Positions 17,137 to 27,183 of a stretch of 64,000 nucleotides of DNA are shown here, one piece after another (within the stretch, counting starts at the first letter, position 1; each line of letters begins with the position of its first letter). The notes below the pieces were generated by a model. It made no database searches. It was given only the letters and a program-made list of their open reading frames with translations, and was not told the DNA's origin. Origin of the DNA: an uncultured Bacteroidota bacterium (GTDB lineage: Bacteria > Bacteroidota > Bacteroidia > JABEUT01); NCBI GenBank assembly GCA_903863935.1, contig CAIPDV010000099.1, forward strand, positions 7,342 to 71,341. Reading direction: 5' to 3'. Both the position numbers and the translations under genes were made by a program.

Positions 17137-18669
17137 ATGTACGACATTTTACAACTCAATGGCAAATCCCTAATACAATTAAGGGAAATTGCCAAGGAAT
17201 TAAAGATCCACCGCGGAGATCATCTGAAAAAACACGACCTTGTAACTAAGATACTGGATGCCCAACAATCCCTTGAAAAGCCCGTTGAGGAAATAACACC
17301 AAATACAGATATTGTTTCACAACCAGTGGAAGAAACTGAAATTGTTCCGGTTGTAAAGACTGAGAGTATTGAGTTTGAAGCCCCTATGGAACCATTATCT
17401 GATTTGAATTCAGATGAGCCCAAAATTTCAAATCCTGTGGAAGTGGCACCAAACGTAACATCTACAGCATCTAATGACGCTCCGCTGGATTTTGGCTTTC
17501 AGGAAAAAGTGCAACACGAACAACCTAAACAACGCGAACCCGCTTACAATTTCGACAACATAGTTCAGGCTGAAGGCGTGCTTGAAATTATCCCCGAAGG
17601 CTACGGATTCCTCCGTTCAGCCGATTATAACTACCTAAACTCTCCTGATGACGTTTACGTTTCGCAAAACCAAATCAGGTTGTTTGGATTAAAGACAGGT
17701 GATACCATTCTCGGATATATACGTCCTCCCAAGGAAGGTGAAAAGTATTTCCCGCTTTCTAAAATAGAACTTATCAATGGTAAGGCACCTGACTTAGTGC
17801 GTGACCGTGTACCATTTGACTTTTTGACACCGTTATTTCCATACGAGAAATTTAATTTGGCTGCACATCCACAGGCTACATTATCGAGCCGTGTGGTAGA
17901 TATGTTTACCCCTATTGGTAAAGGCCAGCGCGGCTTGATAGTTTCCCAGCCCAAAACCGGTAAAACCGTATTGCTAAAGGAAATTGCCAATGCCATTGCA
18001 TCCAATCACCCGGAAGCATACTTGCTGATATTACTGATTGATGAGCGTCCCGAGGAGGTTACCGATATGGCGCGCAGCGTAAAAGCTGAGGTAGTATCAT
18101 CTACTTTCGATGAGCCTGCAGAACGCCATGTACGCATTGCCAACATCGTTCTCGAAAAAGCCAAGCGTATGGTAGAATGCGGACACGATGTGGTTATCCT
18201 GCTCGATTCAATTACCCGCCTTGCACGGGCTTATAATACTGTTTCTCCCGCGTCTGGTAAGGTTTTATCGGGTGGGGTAGAGGCTAATGCTTTACAAAAA
18301 CCAAAACGTTTCTTCGGTGCTGCCCGCAAAATTGAAAACGGCGGCTCACTCACTATCCTAGCTACAGCCCTTATCGATACAGGCTCTAAGATGGACGAGG
18401 TTATTTTTGAAGAGTTTAAAGGTACTGGTAACATGGAGTTACAACTCGACCGCCGCCTCTCCAACAAACGTATTTACCCAGCTATCGATATTGTAGCTTC
18501 CAGCACGCGTCGTGATGATTTGCTTGTGGATAAGGAAACCCTACAACGCCTGTGGATACTGCGTAATCACCTTACGGATATGACTCCAATCGAAGCTATG
18601 GAATTCCTCCGTGAAAGACTTCAGAGAACCAAATCGAACGAGGAGTTTATGCTCACCATGAACGGCTAG
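17137..18669 (+). CDS. rho: Transcription termination factor Rho (Bacteroidota type with extended N-terminal insertion)
   Basis: N-terminal Rho_N ([18 protein letters not shown]), a long low-complexity insert, an RNA-binding OB region, Walker [21 protein letters not shown], and a conserved C-terminus. Confidence 0.9.
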   Translation: MYDILQLNGKSLIQLREIAKELKIHRGDHLKKHDLVTKILDAQQSLEKPVEEITPNTDIVSQPVEETEIVPVVKTESIEFEAPMEPLSDLNSDEPKISNPVEVAPNVTSTASNDAPLDFGFQEKVQHEQPKQREPAYNFDNIVQAEGVLEIIPEGYGFLRSADYNYLNSPDDVYVSQNQIRLFGLKTGDTILGYIRPPKEGEKYFPLSKIELINGKAPDLVRDRVPFDFLTPLFPYEKFNLAAHPQATLSSRVVDMFTPIGKGQRGLIVSQPKTGKTVLLKEIANAIASNHPEAYLLILLIDERPEEVTDMARSVKAEVVSSTFDEPAERHVRIANIVLEKAKRMVECGHDVVILLDSITRLARAYNTVSPASGKVLSGGVEANALQKPKRFFGAARKIENGGSLTILATALIDTGSKMDEVIFEEFKGTGNMELQLDRRLSNKRIYPAIDIVASSTRRDDLLVDKETLQRLWILRNHLTDMTPIEAMEFLRERLQRTKSNEEFMLTMNG

Positions 18670-18758
18670 GTCGGTCGTATGCCCAACTGGCAATTTAGTG
18701 ATAATGGTACTAGATTACGGCTCGAACAGAGTATTAAAGAAGGACGTGGAATAGAAGC

Positions 18759-19655
18759 ATGAAAAAATCGAAGGATTTTTTGGTTTACCTGATTTATTTT
18801 ATTCTTGTTATTACCTGGGGAAGCTCGTTTATATTGATGAAACGCGGGTTGGAGTACTATAAACCTGAACAAGTTGCAACCATAAGGATGCTTTCTGCAT
18901 CCCTATTCTTTTTCAGTTTTGGAGTATTTCACATTTTTAAAATTCCGGCTAAAAAAGTTGTTTATGTAATGCTTTCGGGCCTTTTTGGTATATTCATACC
19001 TGCATATCTTTTTTGCTATGCTGAGGCAGGTCTTAATAGTGCCATTACTGGGATTTTAAATGCACTTACGCCTTCATTTACATTAATACTGGGGATTTTG
19101 TTTTTCAGGCAGGTTTTTATAAGAATGCAGGTGATAGGCTTATTGGTGGGGTTTATTGGTATAGCTTTTCTGGTTTTGGTAGATACAAAAGGAGAATTGG
19201 AGTTGAATCATTTTGCCCTCTTTGTTATTGCAGCCACCATTTGCTACGGACTAAGTACAAATATTGTAAAAAATAAACTTGCAGATATAAACCCTCTTTA
19301 TATATCTTCTGTTTCAGTTTCTTTTGCCGGATTGCTTGCCCTTTTCTATTTTATGTTTACCGGAGGTTTTCATCTTCTTCCTTTAACTCAGCAAAATAAG
19401 GTTCCACTTATTGCCACAATAACATTAGGATTGTTTGGAACGGCCATGGCTCAATTGCTGTTTAACGACATGATTAAAAAGTCATCAGCGGTTTTTGCGA
19501 GTTCAATTACCTACGTGCTGCCTATAGTTGCAGTATTCTGGGGAGTGTTAGATGGAGAGAAGCTTGTTTTATGGCACTATTTTGGAATGGCTTGTATTAT
19601 TGCCGGGGTAATAATTATAAGGCGGGCGCATATAACAGCGCGTGCAAGACGCTAA
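18759..19655 (+). CDS. EamA/DMT-family transporter
   Basis: Ten predicted TM helices arranged as two EamA-like halves. Confidence 0.7.
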   Translation: MKKSKDFLVYLIYFILVITWGSSFILMKRGLEYYKPEQVATIRMLSASLFFFSFGVFHIFKIPAKKVVYVMLSGLFGIFIPAYLFCYAEAGLNSAITGILNALTPSFTLILGILFFRQVFIRMQVIGLLVGFIGIAFLVLVDTKGELELNHFALFVIAATICYGLSTNIVKNKLADINPLYISSVSVSFAGLLALFYFMFTGGFHLLPLTQQNKVPLIATITLGLFGTAMAQLLFNDMIKKSSAVFASSITYVLPIVAVFWGVLDGEKLVLWHYFGMACIIAGVIIIRRAHITARARR

Positions 19656-19712
19656 TTTAAAATAGAATATTCTTGATAAAATGGACAACAATTTATTCGT
19701 TATAATATTTAC

Positions 19713-19955
19713 TCAATCATGGTAGGTTTCATTAAACCATTTTTCCATTACTACTGAAACAAGTAAGCCTGCTAAAGCCCCGACACCGATCCAAATGGCA
19801 ATGGGTTTGAATTCTATCAAATGGTTGTCCCATTCAATAAATATTTTAATAGCCCCTCCGATAATGCTTCCCAGGAGGCCATATTTAAAAACATGTACTA
19901 TTTTACTAACCATACTTTCAGGGTGTTTGATATATATAACAATAGTACGGTTCAA
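19713..19955 (-). CDS. Small membrane protein, hypothetical
   Basis: 80-aa ORF with two hydrophobic helices (LLGSIIGGAIKIF…IWIGVGALAGLLVSVV). Confidence 0.4.
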   Translation of the reverse strand: MNRTIVIYIKHPESMVSKIVHVFKYGLLGSIIGGAIKIFIEWDNHLIEFKPIAIWIGVGALAGLLVSVVMEKWFNETYHD

Positions 19956-20283
19956 ACTTCCTCTTTAGGCTGACAATTGTCATTTACATAGATGAGATTT
20001 TAATATGAAGTATATGATTGTTGTCATAGTTTAATGAGTTGGTGTGATGGGTTTTATTTACCAGTTGTATTCCAATACTTTCTTCTTTTCATTAAAAACC
20101 TCCTTTTTTGTTATTATTGTATATTAAAAACCTTTTAAACTGACACTTTTCAAAAAAATAGATGGAAGGATTCTGGGGCCAATTTTACTGGTACTTATTC
20201 TTGCATCTTGCAATTCAGGCAACCACGTAGTTTCATCGCTTGGAAAGCGGAAATATACCAAAGGGTGGTATTCTTTTCTCCAT

Positions 20284-20742
20284 TTGAATTTGAGGCATAC
20301 AAATACGAAAGGAGAAAATAACACTGTGATAACAAACTCAACACCTAAAAGAAGTCTGAATAAAAAGCCAATCGAGGACAACCTTGTAGTGATAAGTAAC
20401 CCTTCCAATACACAGTCGCAGTTCAGTAAAACCAGGCAAAACAAAATTTCGAAAAAAAAAACGGATGTTAAAGTAGCCACCGCTGAAGTTAAATATCGAT
20501 CTGAAAATGTTATTTCGATGGAGGAGATACCTCCACCTTACTATCCTCACTACCACTCAGAAAGTTTAGACAGGGCGATGACATGGATTGCAATAATTTG
20601 CGTACTCATTGTTCTTCTAGCACTGGTGGGTTTGATTTTTACTATAATCGGTGCTTTCGGAGGGGGTGCGGTCTTCCTTTATATAGGCATTCCGATTCTG
20701 GTGGTTTTTGGTTTCCTTCTATTAATTATTTGGGTTGTATAA
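20284..20742 (+). CDS. Hypothetical protein with polar low-complexity N-terminus and two C-terminal TM helices; start codon uncertain
   Basis: The C-terminal TM hairpin (IAIICVLIVLLALVGLIF…IPILVVFGFLLLIIWVV) argues for coding. A competing antisense ORF 20124..20480 overlaps. Confidence 0.3.
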   Translation: MNLRHTNTKGENNTVITNSTPKRSLNKKPIEDNLVVISNPSNTQSQFSKTRQNKISKKKTDVKVATAEVKYRSENVISMEEIPPPYYPHYHSESLDRAMTWIAIICVLIVLLALVGLIFTIIGAFGGGAVFLYIGIPILVVFGFLLLIIWVV

Positions 20743-20832
20743 GAAAAAATAGAAGGTTAAATTACCCAAAATAAATCTTGTTTCAAATCGTCTCTTGCTT
20801 TTATTATCCTCAACAAAACATAAGGCTTGGAC

Positions 20833-22788
20833 CTACTTACTTGTAATTTTCATTTCTGTTCTCCTATTCAATTGGCGGCCTTCAGGTGTATCGTTAGTTG
20901 CAACTGGCCTTGTTTGACCATACCCTTTGTAAGTTAGGCGTTCAGCAGCAATAGTATGGTCAATAAGATACTGGTAAACTGATTTAGCCCTGTTTTCCGA
21001 TAGTGTTATATTTTTCTCGGGCGTGCCTTGATTATCTGTATGTCCGCTAATCTGAATTTTGATAGTCGGATTGTTCTTCATAAACCCAACAAGTTTATTC
21101 AATTCCACTTGCGATTCAGGTTTAAGGTCATATTGATTAGTCGGGAAAAACACGTTGTTCAATACAATAGAAGCACCGGTGTCAATAGGCTGCAATGGAA
21201 CATCCATTAAATAGGGGTGTTCGTATGATGCCTGAATATCTTTCAAAGAGAAATTCTCCGAGTAAAACAAATATCCCTTTTTACTAACATTTAAAGCATA
21301 GTTTTTATTTACAGGCAAGCAAACCAAAAAAGTACCATCAAGTGGTTGAGAAGTAGATTGGGAAACTATTCTGCCTGTGGTAAGGTCTATAAGGGTAAAA
21401 TAAGCTATCAGCGGAATTCTTGTAGTAGCATCATATACTTTCCCTTTCATGTAGGTTACTTGCTGAGGTCTTATGGAATCGTAAAGCTCAAAGGAATAAA
21501 GATCTAATTCTCCAAATCCTCCTGCACGGTCGGAAGCAAAATAAGCCAGTTTGCCATTAGGGTCAACAATAAGCCCGGTTTCATCCTGTGGGGAATTGAT
21601 AGGATAACCTAAATTCATTGGAAAACCCCATCTACCGTTTGGTAATCTTCGGGACATAAAAACGTCGGTTCCACCCATACCTGGATGTCCATCGGAACAG
21701 AAATAGAGGGTTTGATTATCAGGCGATATAAAAGGGCATTCTTCGCGCCCAGGGGTATTAATAGTATCACTTAGTTTTACAGGTCTCGCCCAATATCCGG
21801 AATCATTCAGACTGCTTACATAAATATCTTGGTTTTTAACTGTATACCCTTCTTGTCTTCCACGAATAAAATAGAGCGTTTCCCCATCGGAAGACAAACA
21901 GGGTTGAGATTCCCAATCTTTTGAATTGATTGGCTTACCAAGATTTCTTGGGGTAGACCATCCATCGCCAACGTGATATGCATAATACAAGTCGCAACTC
22001 CCATATCCACCCGGCCTGTCTGATGTAAAGATCAAAAGGTTTCCATCAGCCGAAATGGTGGAGGCCCCTTCATTGAATTCTGTATTCAAGCGGTTGCCTG
22101 CATTAATTGCTGTAGTCCAATGCCCGTTTATTTTCTGGCTCATATAAAAGTCTTCCTGGTATTCTTCTTCATGCATTCCACCTGCGCCTTGGTCACCGGA
22201 TAGTTGCAGTCTACGTGTAAAGAGCATCAATCCGCCATCCACTGTTATGGTTGGGAAATATTCGCTCAACTTAGTGTTGACGGATTCCCCAAGGTTGATC
22301 GGATTGAAAGGCACAGGATGTTTCATTGCATTAATAGCAAACTTGCAATCTTCAATCATTTGTTTAGCCAATCCTTCCAATTGCTCCGACCCTTTGCCTG
22401 ATTCCAGAAAGTGGTTTAGGTTTAATTGAGCTTCGGAATAATTTTGAGTACGTATTTGCATTTTCCCCAAGTCGAAAAATATGTTCGGAAAAAAATTGGG
22501 ATTAATGCGTATTACCTTGATGTATTGATTAATAGCATCCTGATCCTGGTGCATATCCTCATACAGATATCCTAACAAACCTTGTGCGTCGACAAAATTG
22601 CTGTCTTCTTTAATAGCTTTCTTTAAAAGTTCAACTGCATTGGCATTTTGATGGGCATCATAATATCTGCTGGCATCCTCAAAAAGCTTAGCTGCTTTTT
22701 TACTTTTTGTAGATAGCGGTCTGTCCTGGCAAAAGAGCTGGCTTGCGGCGAATAAAAGAGCAAGTGATAGGAAAAATGCTTTTTTCAT
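20833..22788 (-). CDS. OmpA-family envelope protein with N-terminal TPR repeats and a TolB-like (PD40) beta-propeller region
   Basis: Signal peptide and TPR-like helices. PD40-like repeats (…SDGETLYF…). C-terminal OmpA_C domain (NNVFFPTNQYDL…NRRTEMKI). Confidence 0.8.
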   Translation of the reverse strand: MKKAFFLSLALLFAASQLFCQDRPLSTKSKKAAKLFEDASRYYDAHQNANAVELLKKAIKEDSNFVDAQGLLGYLYEDMHQDQDAINQYIKVIRINPNFFPNIFFDLGKMQIRTQNYSEAQLNLNHFLESGKGSEQLEGLAKQMIEDCKFAINAMKHPVPFNPINLGESVNTKLSEYFPTITVDGGLMLFTRRLQLSGDQGAGGMHEEEYQEDFYMSQKINGHWTTAINAGNRLNTEFNEGASTISADGNLLIFTSDRPGGYGSCDLYYAYHVGDGWSTPRNLGKPINSKDWESQPCLSSDGETLYFIRGRQEGYTVKNQDIYVSSLNDSGYWARPVKLSDTINTPGREECPFISPDNQTLYFCSDGHPGMGGTDVFMSRRLPNGRWGFPMNLGYPINSPQDETGLIVDPNGKLAYFASDRAGGFGELDLYSFELYDSIRPQQVTYMKGKVYDATTRIPLIAYFTLIDLTTGRIVSQSTSQPLDGTFLVCLPVNKNYALNVSKKGYLFYSENFSLKDIQASYEHPYLMDVPLQPIDTGASIVLNNVFFPTNQYDLKPESQVELNKLVGFMKNNPTIKIQISGHTDNQGTPEKNITLSENRAKSVYQYLIDHTIAAERLTYKGYGQTRPVATNDTPEGRQLNRRTEMKITSK

Positions 22789-22903
22789 AGTCTATAAAGG
22801 TACAATTATGCAAAGGTCGAAAAGTTTCTTAACATAAAGGATATTTAAAACTATGATATATCAGCATGGTTATGTGGGAAAATAATTTTAATATTACAAA
22901 TAT

Positions 22904-23461
22904 TTGTGTCGTATGAAGAAAGCTGAATTAAAAGCATTAAAGTATCCTACCGGGGAATTTAAAATGCCCAAAAAATTCTCGGAAAAGGAGTTGGCATCTC
23001 AAATTAAAACTATTGCAAATTTTCCAACATCTTTAAAAAAGGAAGTGGAGAAAATGTCGGAAGACATGATGGAATACAGACACCGCCTGGGTGGTTGGAC
23101 TGTTCGACAGATCATTCATCACTGTGCAGATAGCCACATGAATGCGTATATACTTACCAAACTTGCTTATACTGAAAAAAATCCTACCATAAAACCTTAC
23201 GATGAAAGCGCATGGGCCAATACCGATGATTCAGGAGAAGCACCTGTAGCATGGTCCATTCAATTACTTGAAGGCTTGCATAAACGCTGGGTAATGCTCT
23301 TGAGTGAATTAAATGATGATGAATTAAAGAGAACTTATTATCATCCGGAACATGAGAAAAAAATTACGTTGAGTAACCTTGTTTTCTTGTATGCGTGGCA
23401 TTGTAATCATCACATTGCACATATTAAGCAAGCCAAAAAGTACAAGAACAAATTCAGTTAA
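22904..23461 (+). CDS. DinB/YfiT-family metal-dependent hydrolase (bacillithiol-transferase-like fold)
   Basis: His-rich triad regions HHCADSHMNAY and HCNHHIAHI typical of DinB_2/YfiT proteins. Confidence 0.65.
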   Translation: MCRMKKAELKALKYPTGEFKMPKKFSEKELASQIKTIANFPTSLKKEVEKMSEDMMEYRHRLGGWTVRQIIHHCADSHMNAYILTKLAYTEKNPTIKPYDESAWANTDDSGEAPVAWSIQLLEGLHKRWVMLLSELNDDELKRTYYHPEHEKKITLSNLVFLYAWHCNHHIAHIKQAKKYKNKFS

Positions 23462-23501
23462 ACGAAGATGGTTTTTAAGCCATTGTATCGTCTGATAATA
23501 T

Positions 23502-24569
23502 ATGATTCCTAAGGGTTTAACATTAAGAGGTGTTTTGTTCATCTCTTATTGCTTGTTTCTAACTTCTATCCGGGGGTATGCACAGGATGACTCCCATGCA
23601 ATAGGTCTTTATAATGATGGTCTCTATGGCAGGGCAATTGAGGAATTTCATAAACTTATAAAAGCCAATAAACACGATACAGCAGCATATATATACAGTG
23701 CCTTAGCCAAGGAAGTAATTAAGGACTATGATGGAGCTAAGCATGATTTTAAAAAGGTTGTTAAACTAAGGCCCAATGATGCAGCAGCTCATTTTAAAAT
23801 GGGTGTCATTTACACCGAAACCGAGGATTATTATCATTCCATCCGGGAATTTACAAAGTCTATATTGTTGGATCCTTCCGATGCTGTTACCTTTAATAAC
23901 CGCGGTAATTCGGAGTTTGTTGTAGGAGACACAAAAAGTGCTTTGGAAGATTTCGACAACGCAATAAAACTTGATTCAGGTTATGCTGACCCTTATTATA
24001 ACAAGGCAAACATAAAAATGCGTTTTGGTGATTATAAAGCTGCCATAACTGATTTTTCAATAGCGATTGGTTTAATGCCAACCGATGCTGATGCTTATTT
24101 TAATCGGGGAGAGGCATACGATATTCTTAACGACGATACGGATGCGGTAGCAGATTATGATAATGTTATACTGATTGACAGTTCCTTTACCGATGCTTTT
24201 TACAGCAGGGGTATGGACAGGTTGAAGCTACATAATGCGCAAGGCGCGGCTGACGATTTTACTCAAGTAATTAAAGCAGATAGTTCAGCTTATCATGTAT
24301 ATTATTTACGTGGAACAGCTTATGATTCCATTGGTAAATACTATGAAGCAATCCAGGATTTTAACTATGTAATTGAACAGACGGGAAACTACGCACCAGA
24401 TGGTAAATCATACTTTGGCAGAGGGTATGCGTATTTAAAAGTTGGAAGCACTGACCAGGCTTGCAGGGATTTTCATACGGCATATTACAACGGTATATAT
24501 GAGGCAGACAATTATATTGATAAGAATTGCAGACCTCAAAAAAAGAAACGTCAATTTATTCAGAGATAG
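23502..24569 (+). CDS. Secreted TPR-repeat protein
   Basis: Signal peptide followed by about 8 tandem 34-aa TPR-like repeats (AxxYxxRGxAYxxLGxYxEAIxDF pattern). Confidence 0.75.
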   Translation: MIPKGLTLRGVLFISYCLFLTSIRGYAQDDSHAIGLYNDGLYGRAIEEFHKLIKANKHDTAAYIYSALAKEVIKDYDGAKHDFKKVVKLRPNDAAAHFKMGVIYTETEDYYHSIREFTKSILLDPSDAVTFNNRGNSEFVVGDTKSALEDFDNAIKLDSGYADPYYNKANIKMRFGDYKAAITDFSIAIGLMPTDADAYFNRGEAYDILNDDTDAVADYDNVILIDSSFTDAFYSRGMDRLKLHNAQGAADDFTQVIKADSSAYHVYYLRGTAYDSIGKYYEAIQDFNYVIEQTGNYAPDGKSYFGRGYAYLKVGSTDQACRDFHTAYYNGIYEADNYIDKNCRPQKKKRQFIQR

Positions 24570-24604
24570 AGGATTTGAATGGAGTAGGTAAGTAGAAACT
24601 CAGT

Positions 24605-26458
24605 CTACCTATTATTTGATACCATGACTGGAACAAGACGTTGTTCTGGAAAATTATCAAGATTTGAAATTAAATTGTTTATTGTTTTCTCAATGGCCGT
24701 CAGCTCTGCTCTCATTTCTTCAAGGTATGTTGCAGATTCGTTTTTAATATGAGGTATCAGGCTTTTATAGTAGTTTATTCCTTTCATTAGGTTTTCTTTA
24801 AATGTAGTAAGGTATTTTTCCTGCACCAATGCTGCGTTATCAGTGTGTTCAGCAATTTTATTTTTCAAATAATCGACATAAATGATAAGCTCATTTACAA
24901 ATATATTGGGGCGCTTTACCGGATTAAGAATATTTATTCTTCCATAAATGTGATCCACCATCTGTTTCAATGAGAACACTCCTGAAAAGTATGCAAGATT
25001 TGGCCCAGGACAGATAGCAACTGCTTTAAGTTTATGAGGAAGGGGGATGTTGTTTTTTATCAAAGGAGAAACAGCTAGTCCTTCGCAAAGGCAATCTTTT
25101 TCAATTATTTTATCGTATTCTTTTTCGTATTTAATGGGGTCGAGATTTAGTGTATTCAACTGGTTTATTTTAAGATTTTGATATTCCCGCGAGGCCGTAC
25201 AAATTGGTTTTTCTGTAAATTCATTATTTGATGATAGGAATTTTTTGTAGCATGGGCTTCCGGGTCTGTTTTTTGCAATCCTTTCCAATCGTTGCATTTC
25301 CGAAGTGCTTTTTCTAAAGTTGTTAAAGGAAATCCCTAAAGGTGATGAACCGCTTAAAAAATAATCTTCTTTTTTAGCGGCAGAAAGGAGTTGCAGGGTT
25401 TCACTATCTACATTTGTTGCTTCCGGAACGAGGAGAAATGGGCTACCCCAGCCAGTTCCATCTAGATTATAATGTTCCAATAAAAAATTTTGTTCGTGTG
25501 CTGTTCCAATTCCACCTTGTGCTGTAATCTTTAACTTGGGGGCTGTTGTCAGTATTTTTTTCCCTTTTTGCTGAAGTGCATTATTGGTCATTGTAAATAA
25601 TTCACTTTCCAACGCTGGGTGGTTTACTTTAAATTCCTCAAGGATAGGGCCGAGTAAGAGTCCATCGGTTGCAAAAGCATGTCCACCACAGTTTAAGCCC
25701 GATTCAATCCTGAATTCAGATATCATAATTCCTTTTTTTGCAAATATCTTGCCCTGAACAAGCGCAGACCTATAATCGCTAACTTTAATGATTATTTTCT
25801 TTTTAATTTCACCTTTTTCGTTGGGGTAAAAATCATTGAATTGTTCAACGTACCCATAAATACGTGGGTTATATCCGGCTGAAAAAACAATGGATGAATT
25901 CAACTCGCTATTTGCATATCCGCGAAGTGCGGAAACTCCATCGCAATAATCTGCGGGTAATGCTTCACCTGTTTTGGAATAGTTGGTTTTATCAAGTTTA
26001 ACCATAATATTAACATCAATGGAGCCAGACTTCATCATTCCCCTTAATTGTTCCTGTATAATTGAACGCTCTTTATCATCGCTTGATAAAAGCATTTTTG
26101 CATAGGTCTTTTTCATAAGTGACTCATCAGGCAATAGCTCAAAATACTTTACTATTTCGCTTCCTGGTGTAAATGGAAGAGTAATGATTGTATTAAACTG
26201 TTTTTTTACAAGCTTGTTTATCAGGTTAAGGTAGGCTGTGATCCTTTTTGCACGGTGATCAATGTCGCTTTCGTTAATTAACTCGTATGGCTCACCTGCT
26301 TTATAAGCATGATATTTTCGCATTTCTTCCAATAATCCATCTTCAATAATGGATATTACCGATGAAATTCCAAATCGGGCAACTTTTAAAGGGGTGTCAA
26401 CTGTGAAACCAAGACCCATTACGGGTATATGGAAACTATGCGCATTGGTTTTAATCAT
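24605..26458 (-). CDS. Hypothetical 617-aa cytoplasmic protein with possible FMN/TIM-barrel-like motifs
   Basis: Long ORF with no signal peptide. Gly-rich motifs (PVMGLGFTVDTP, GLNCGGHAF, ITAQGGIGTAHE) are faintly reminiscent of the NMO/IMPDH-type nucleotide-binding barrel but are unassigned. Confidence 0.5.
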   Translation of the reverse strand: MIKTNAHSFHIPVMGLGFTVDTPLKVARFGISSVISIIEDGLLEEMRKYHAYKAGEPYELINESDIDHRAKRITAYLNLINKLVKKQFNTIITLPFTPGSEIVKYFELLPDESLMKKTYAKMLLSSDDKERSIIQEQLRGMMKSGSIDVNIMVKLDKTNYSKTGEALPADYCDGVSALRGYANSELNSSIVFSAGYNPRIYGYVEQFNDFYPNEKGEIKKKIIIKVSDYRSALVQGKIFAKKGIMISEFRIESGLNCGGHAFATDGLLLGPILEEFKVNHPALESELFTMTNNALQQKGKKILTTAPKLKITAQGGIGTAHEQNFLLEHYNLDGTGWGSPFLLVPEATNVDSETLQLLSAAKKEDYFLSGSSPLGISFNNFRKSTSEMQRLERIAKNRPGSPCYKKFLSSNNEFTEKPICTASREYQNLKINQLNTLNLDPIKYEKEYDKIIEKDCLCEGLAVSPLIKNNIPLPHKLKAVAICPGPNLAYFSGVFSLKQMVDHIYGRINILNPVKRPNIFVNELIIYVDYLKNKIAEHTDNAALVQEKYLTTFKENLMKGINYYKSLIPHIKNESATYLEEMRAELTAIEKTINNLISNLDNFPEQRLVPVMVSNNR

Positions 26459-26643
26459 TCATTTATTTATATATACCACCATTTTGTTTTTATTAAATTT
26501 GGTTGTATTTTAATTTTAGTAAAATTACGCAACTTCGTGAACTTGCCAGGTGACGAAGGTCAATACATACGGTTGATTATTATCAATTACCGTAAGATAG
26601 TGATTTTTTTCCGGGAATTAAATTACAATGAGAAGTATTATAT

Positions 26644-27093
26644 TTGAATCAACTAATCATGGTTTTTTATATGAAATGGAGTAAATTTTTATTAACGCAA
26701 ATAGTACTATTTACAGCTCTAAATCAAAGCTATGCGCAGAATATCAGTATCGATCAAATTAAAAAAGCTTTAACAGGAGTTTGGCTCAACACTTCAGATT
26801 CTAACCATATGCTTACTTTTACGGATAATGGCAAGTTCTTTGAATATCCTGTTAAATACACGGTAAGCTCAAAAACGGATTCTCTTAACGGAACATTTCA
26901 TGTTGAATATGATGAAGCGGGTTTCTTTTCCTGGGCCGATACTGTTGGAACTGGATTTGTAATAGATTTCGATCCTGTTGCCAAAGAAGGCAATTATGAA
27001 TTTAAAAGAAGGATACTCATGTTTCAGAAAAATTTTCTGGAAGTAGCAACCTGGAAAGGTGGCCCTTACCTTTTTAGGCGTAAGAATAAATAA
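26644..27093 (+). CDS. Small secreted protein, lipocalin-like (putative)
   Basis: Signal peptide (…ALNQSYAQ). The mature N-terminus has the L.G.W motif (ALTGVWLN) seen at the start of lipocalin-like beta-barrel domains. A similar motif occurs in ORF 62836..63204. Confidence 0.5.
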   Translation: MNQLIMVFYMKWSKFLLTQIVLFTALNQSYAQNISIDQIKKALTGVWLNTSDSNHMLTFTDNGKFFEYPVKYTVSSKTDSLNGTFHVEYDEAGFFSWADTVGTGFVIDFDPVAKEGNYEFKRRILMFQKNFLEVATWKGGPYLFRRKNK

Positions 27094-27121
27094 TGGGCCT
27101 TGTTACCCCCCCCTTTTTTGT

Positions 27122-27166
27122 AGCTTGAAGTTTGAGTTAAGTTTTCTTCAACTCAAACTTCAAGCT
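27122..27166. terminator. Perfect 17-bp-stem hairpin between convergent genes (putative bidirectional terminator)
   Basis: AGCTTGAAGTTTGAGTT-11 nt-AACTCAAACTTCAAGCT. Preceded by C8T6 (27106..27119) and followed by ATTTAAAA. The flanking U-tracts are non-canonical. Confidence 0.4.
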
Positions 27167-27183
27167 ATTTAAAACCTCTATTA

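Noticed and set aside
19971-19982. Perfect 12-bp palindrome TGACAATTGTCA just upstream of the small membrane-protein gene
   Set aside because: About 15 perfect 12-bp palindromes are expected by chance in 64 kb, and there is no second copy or flanking half-site pattern. Not called as an operator.
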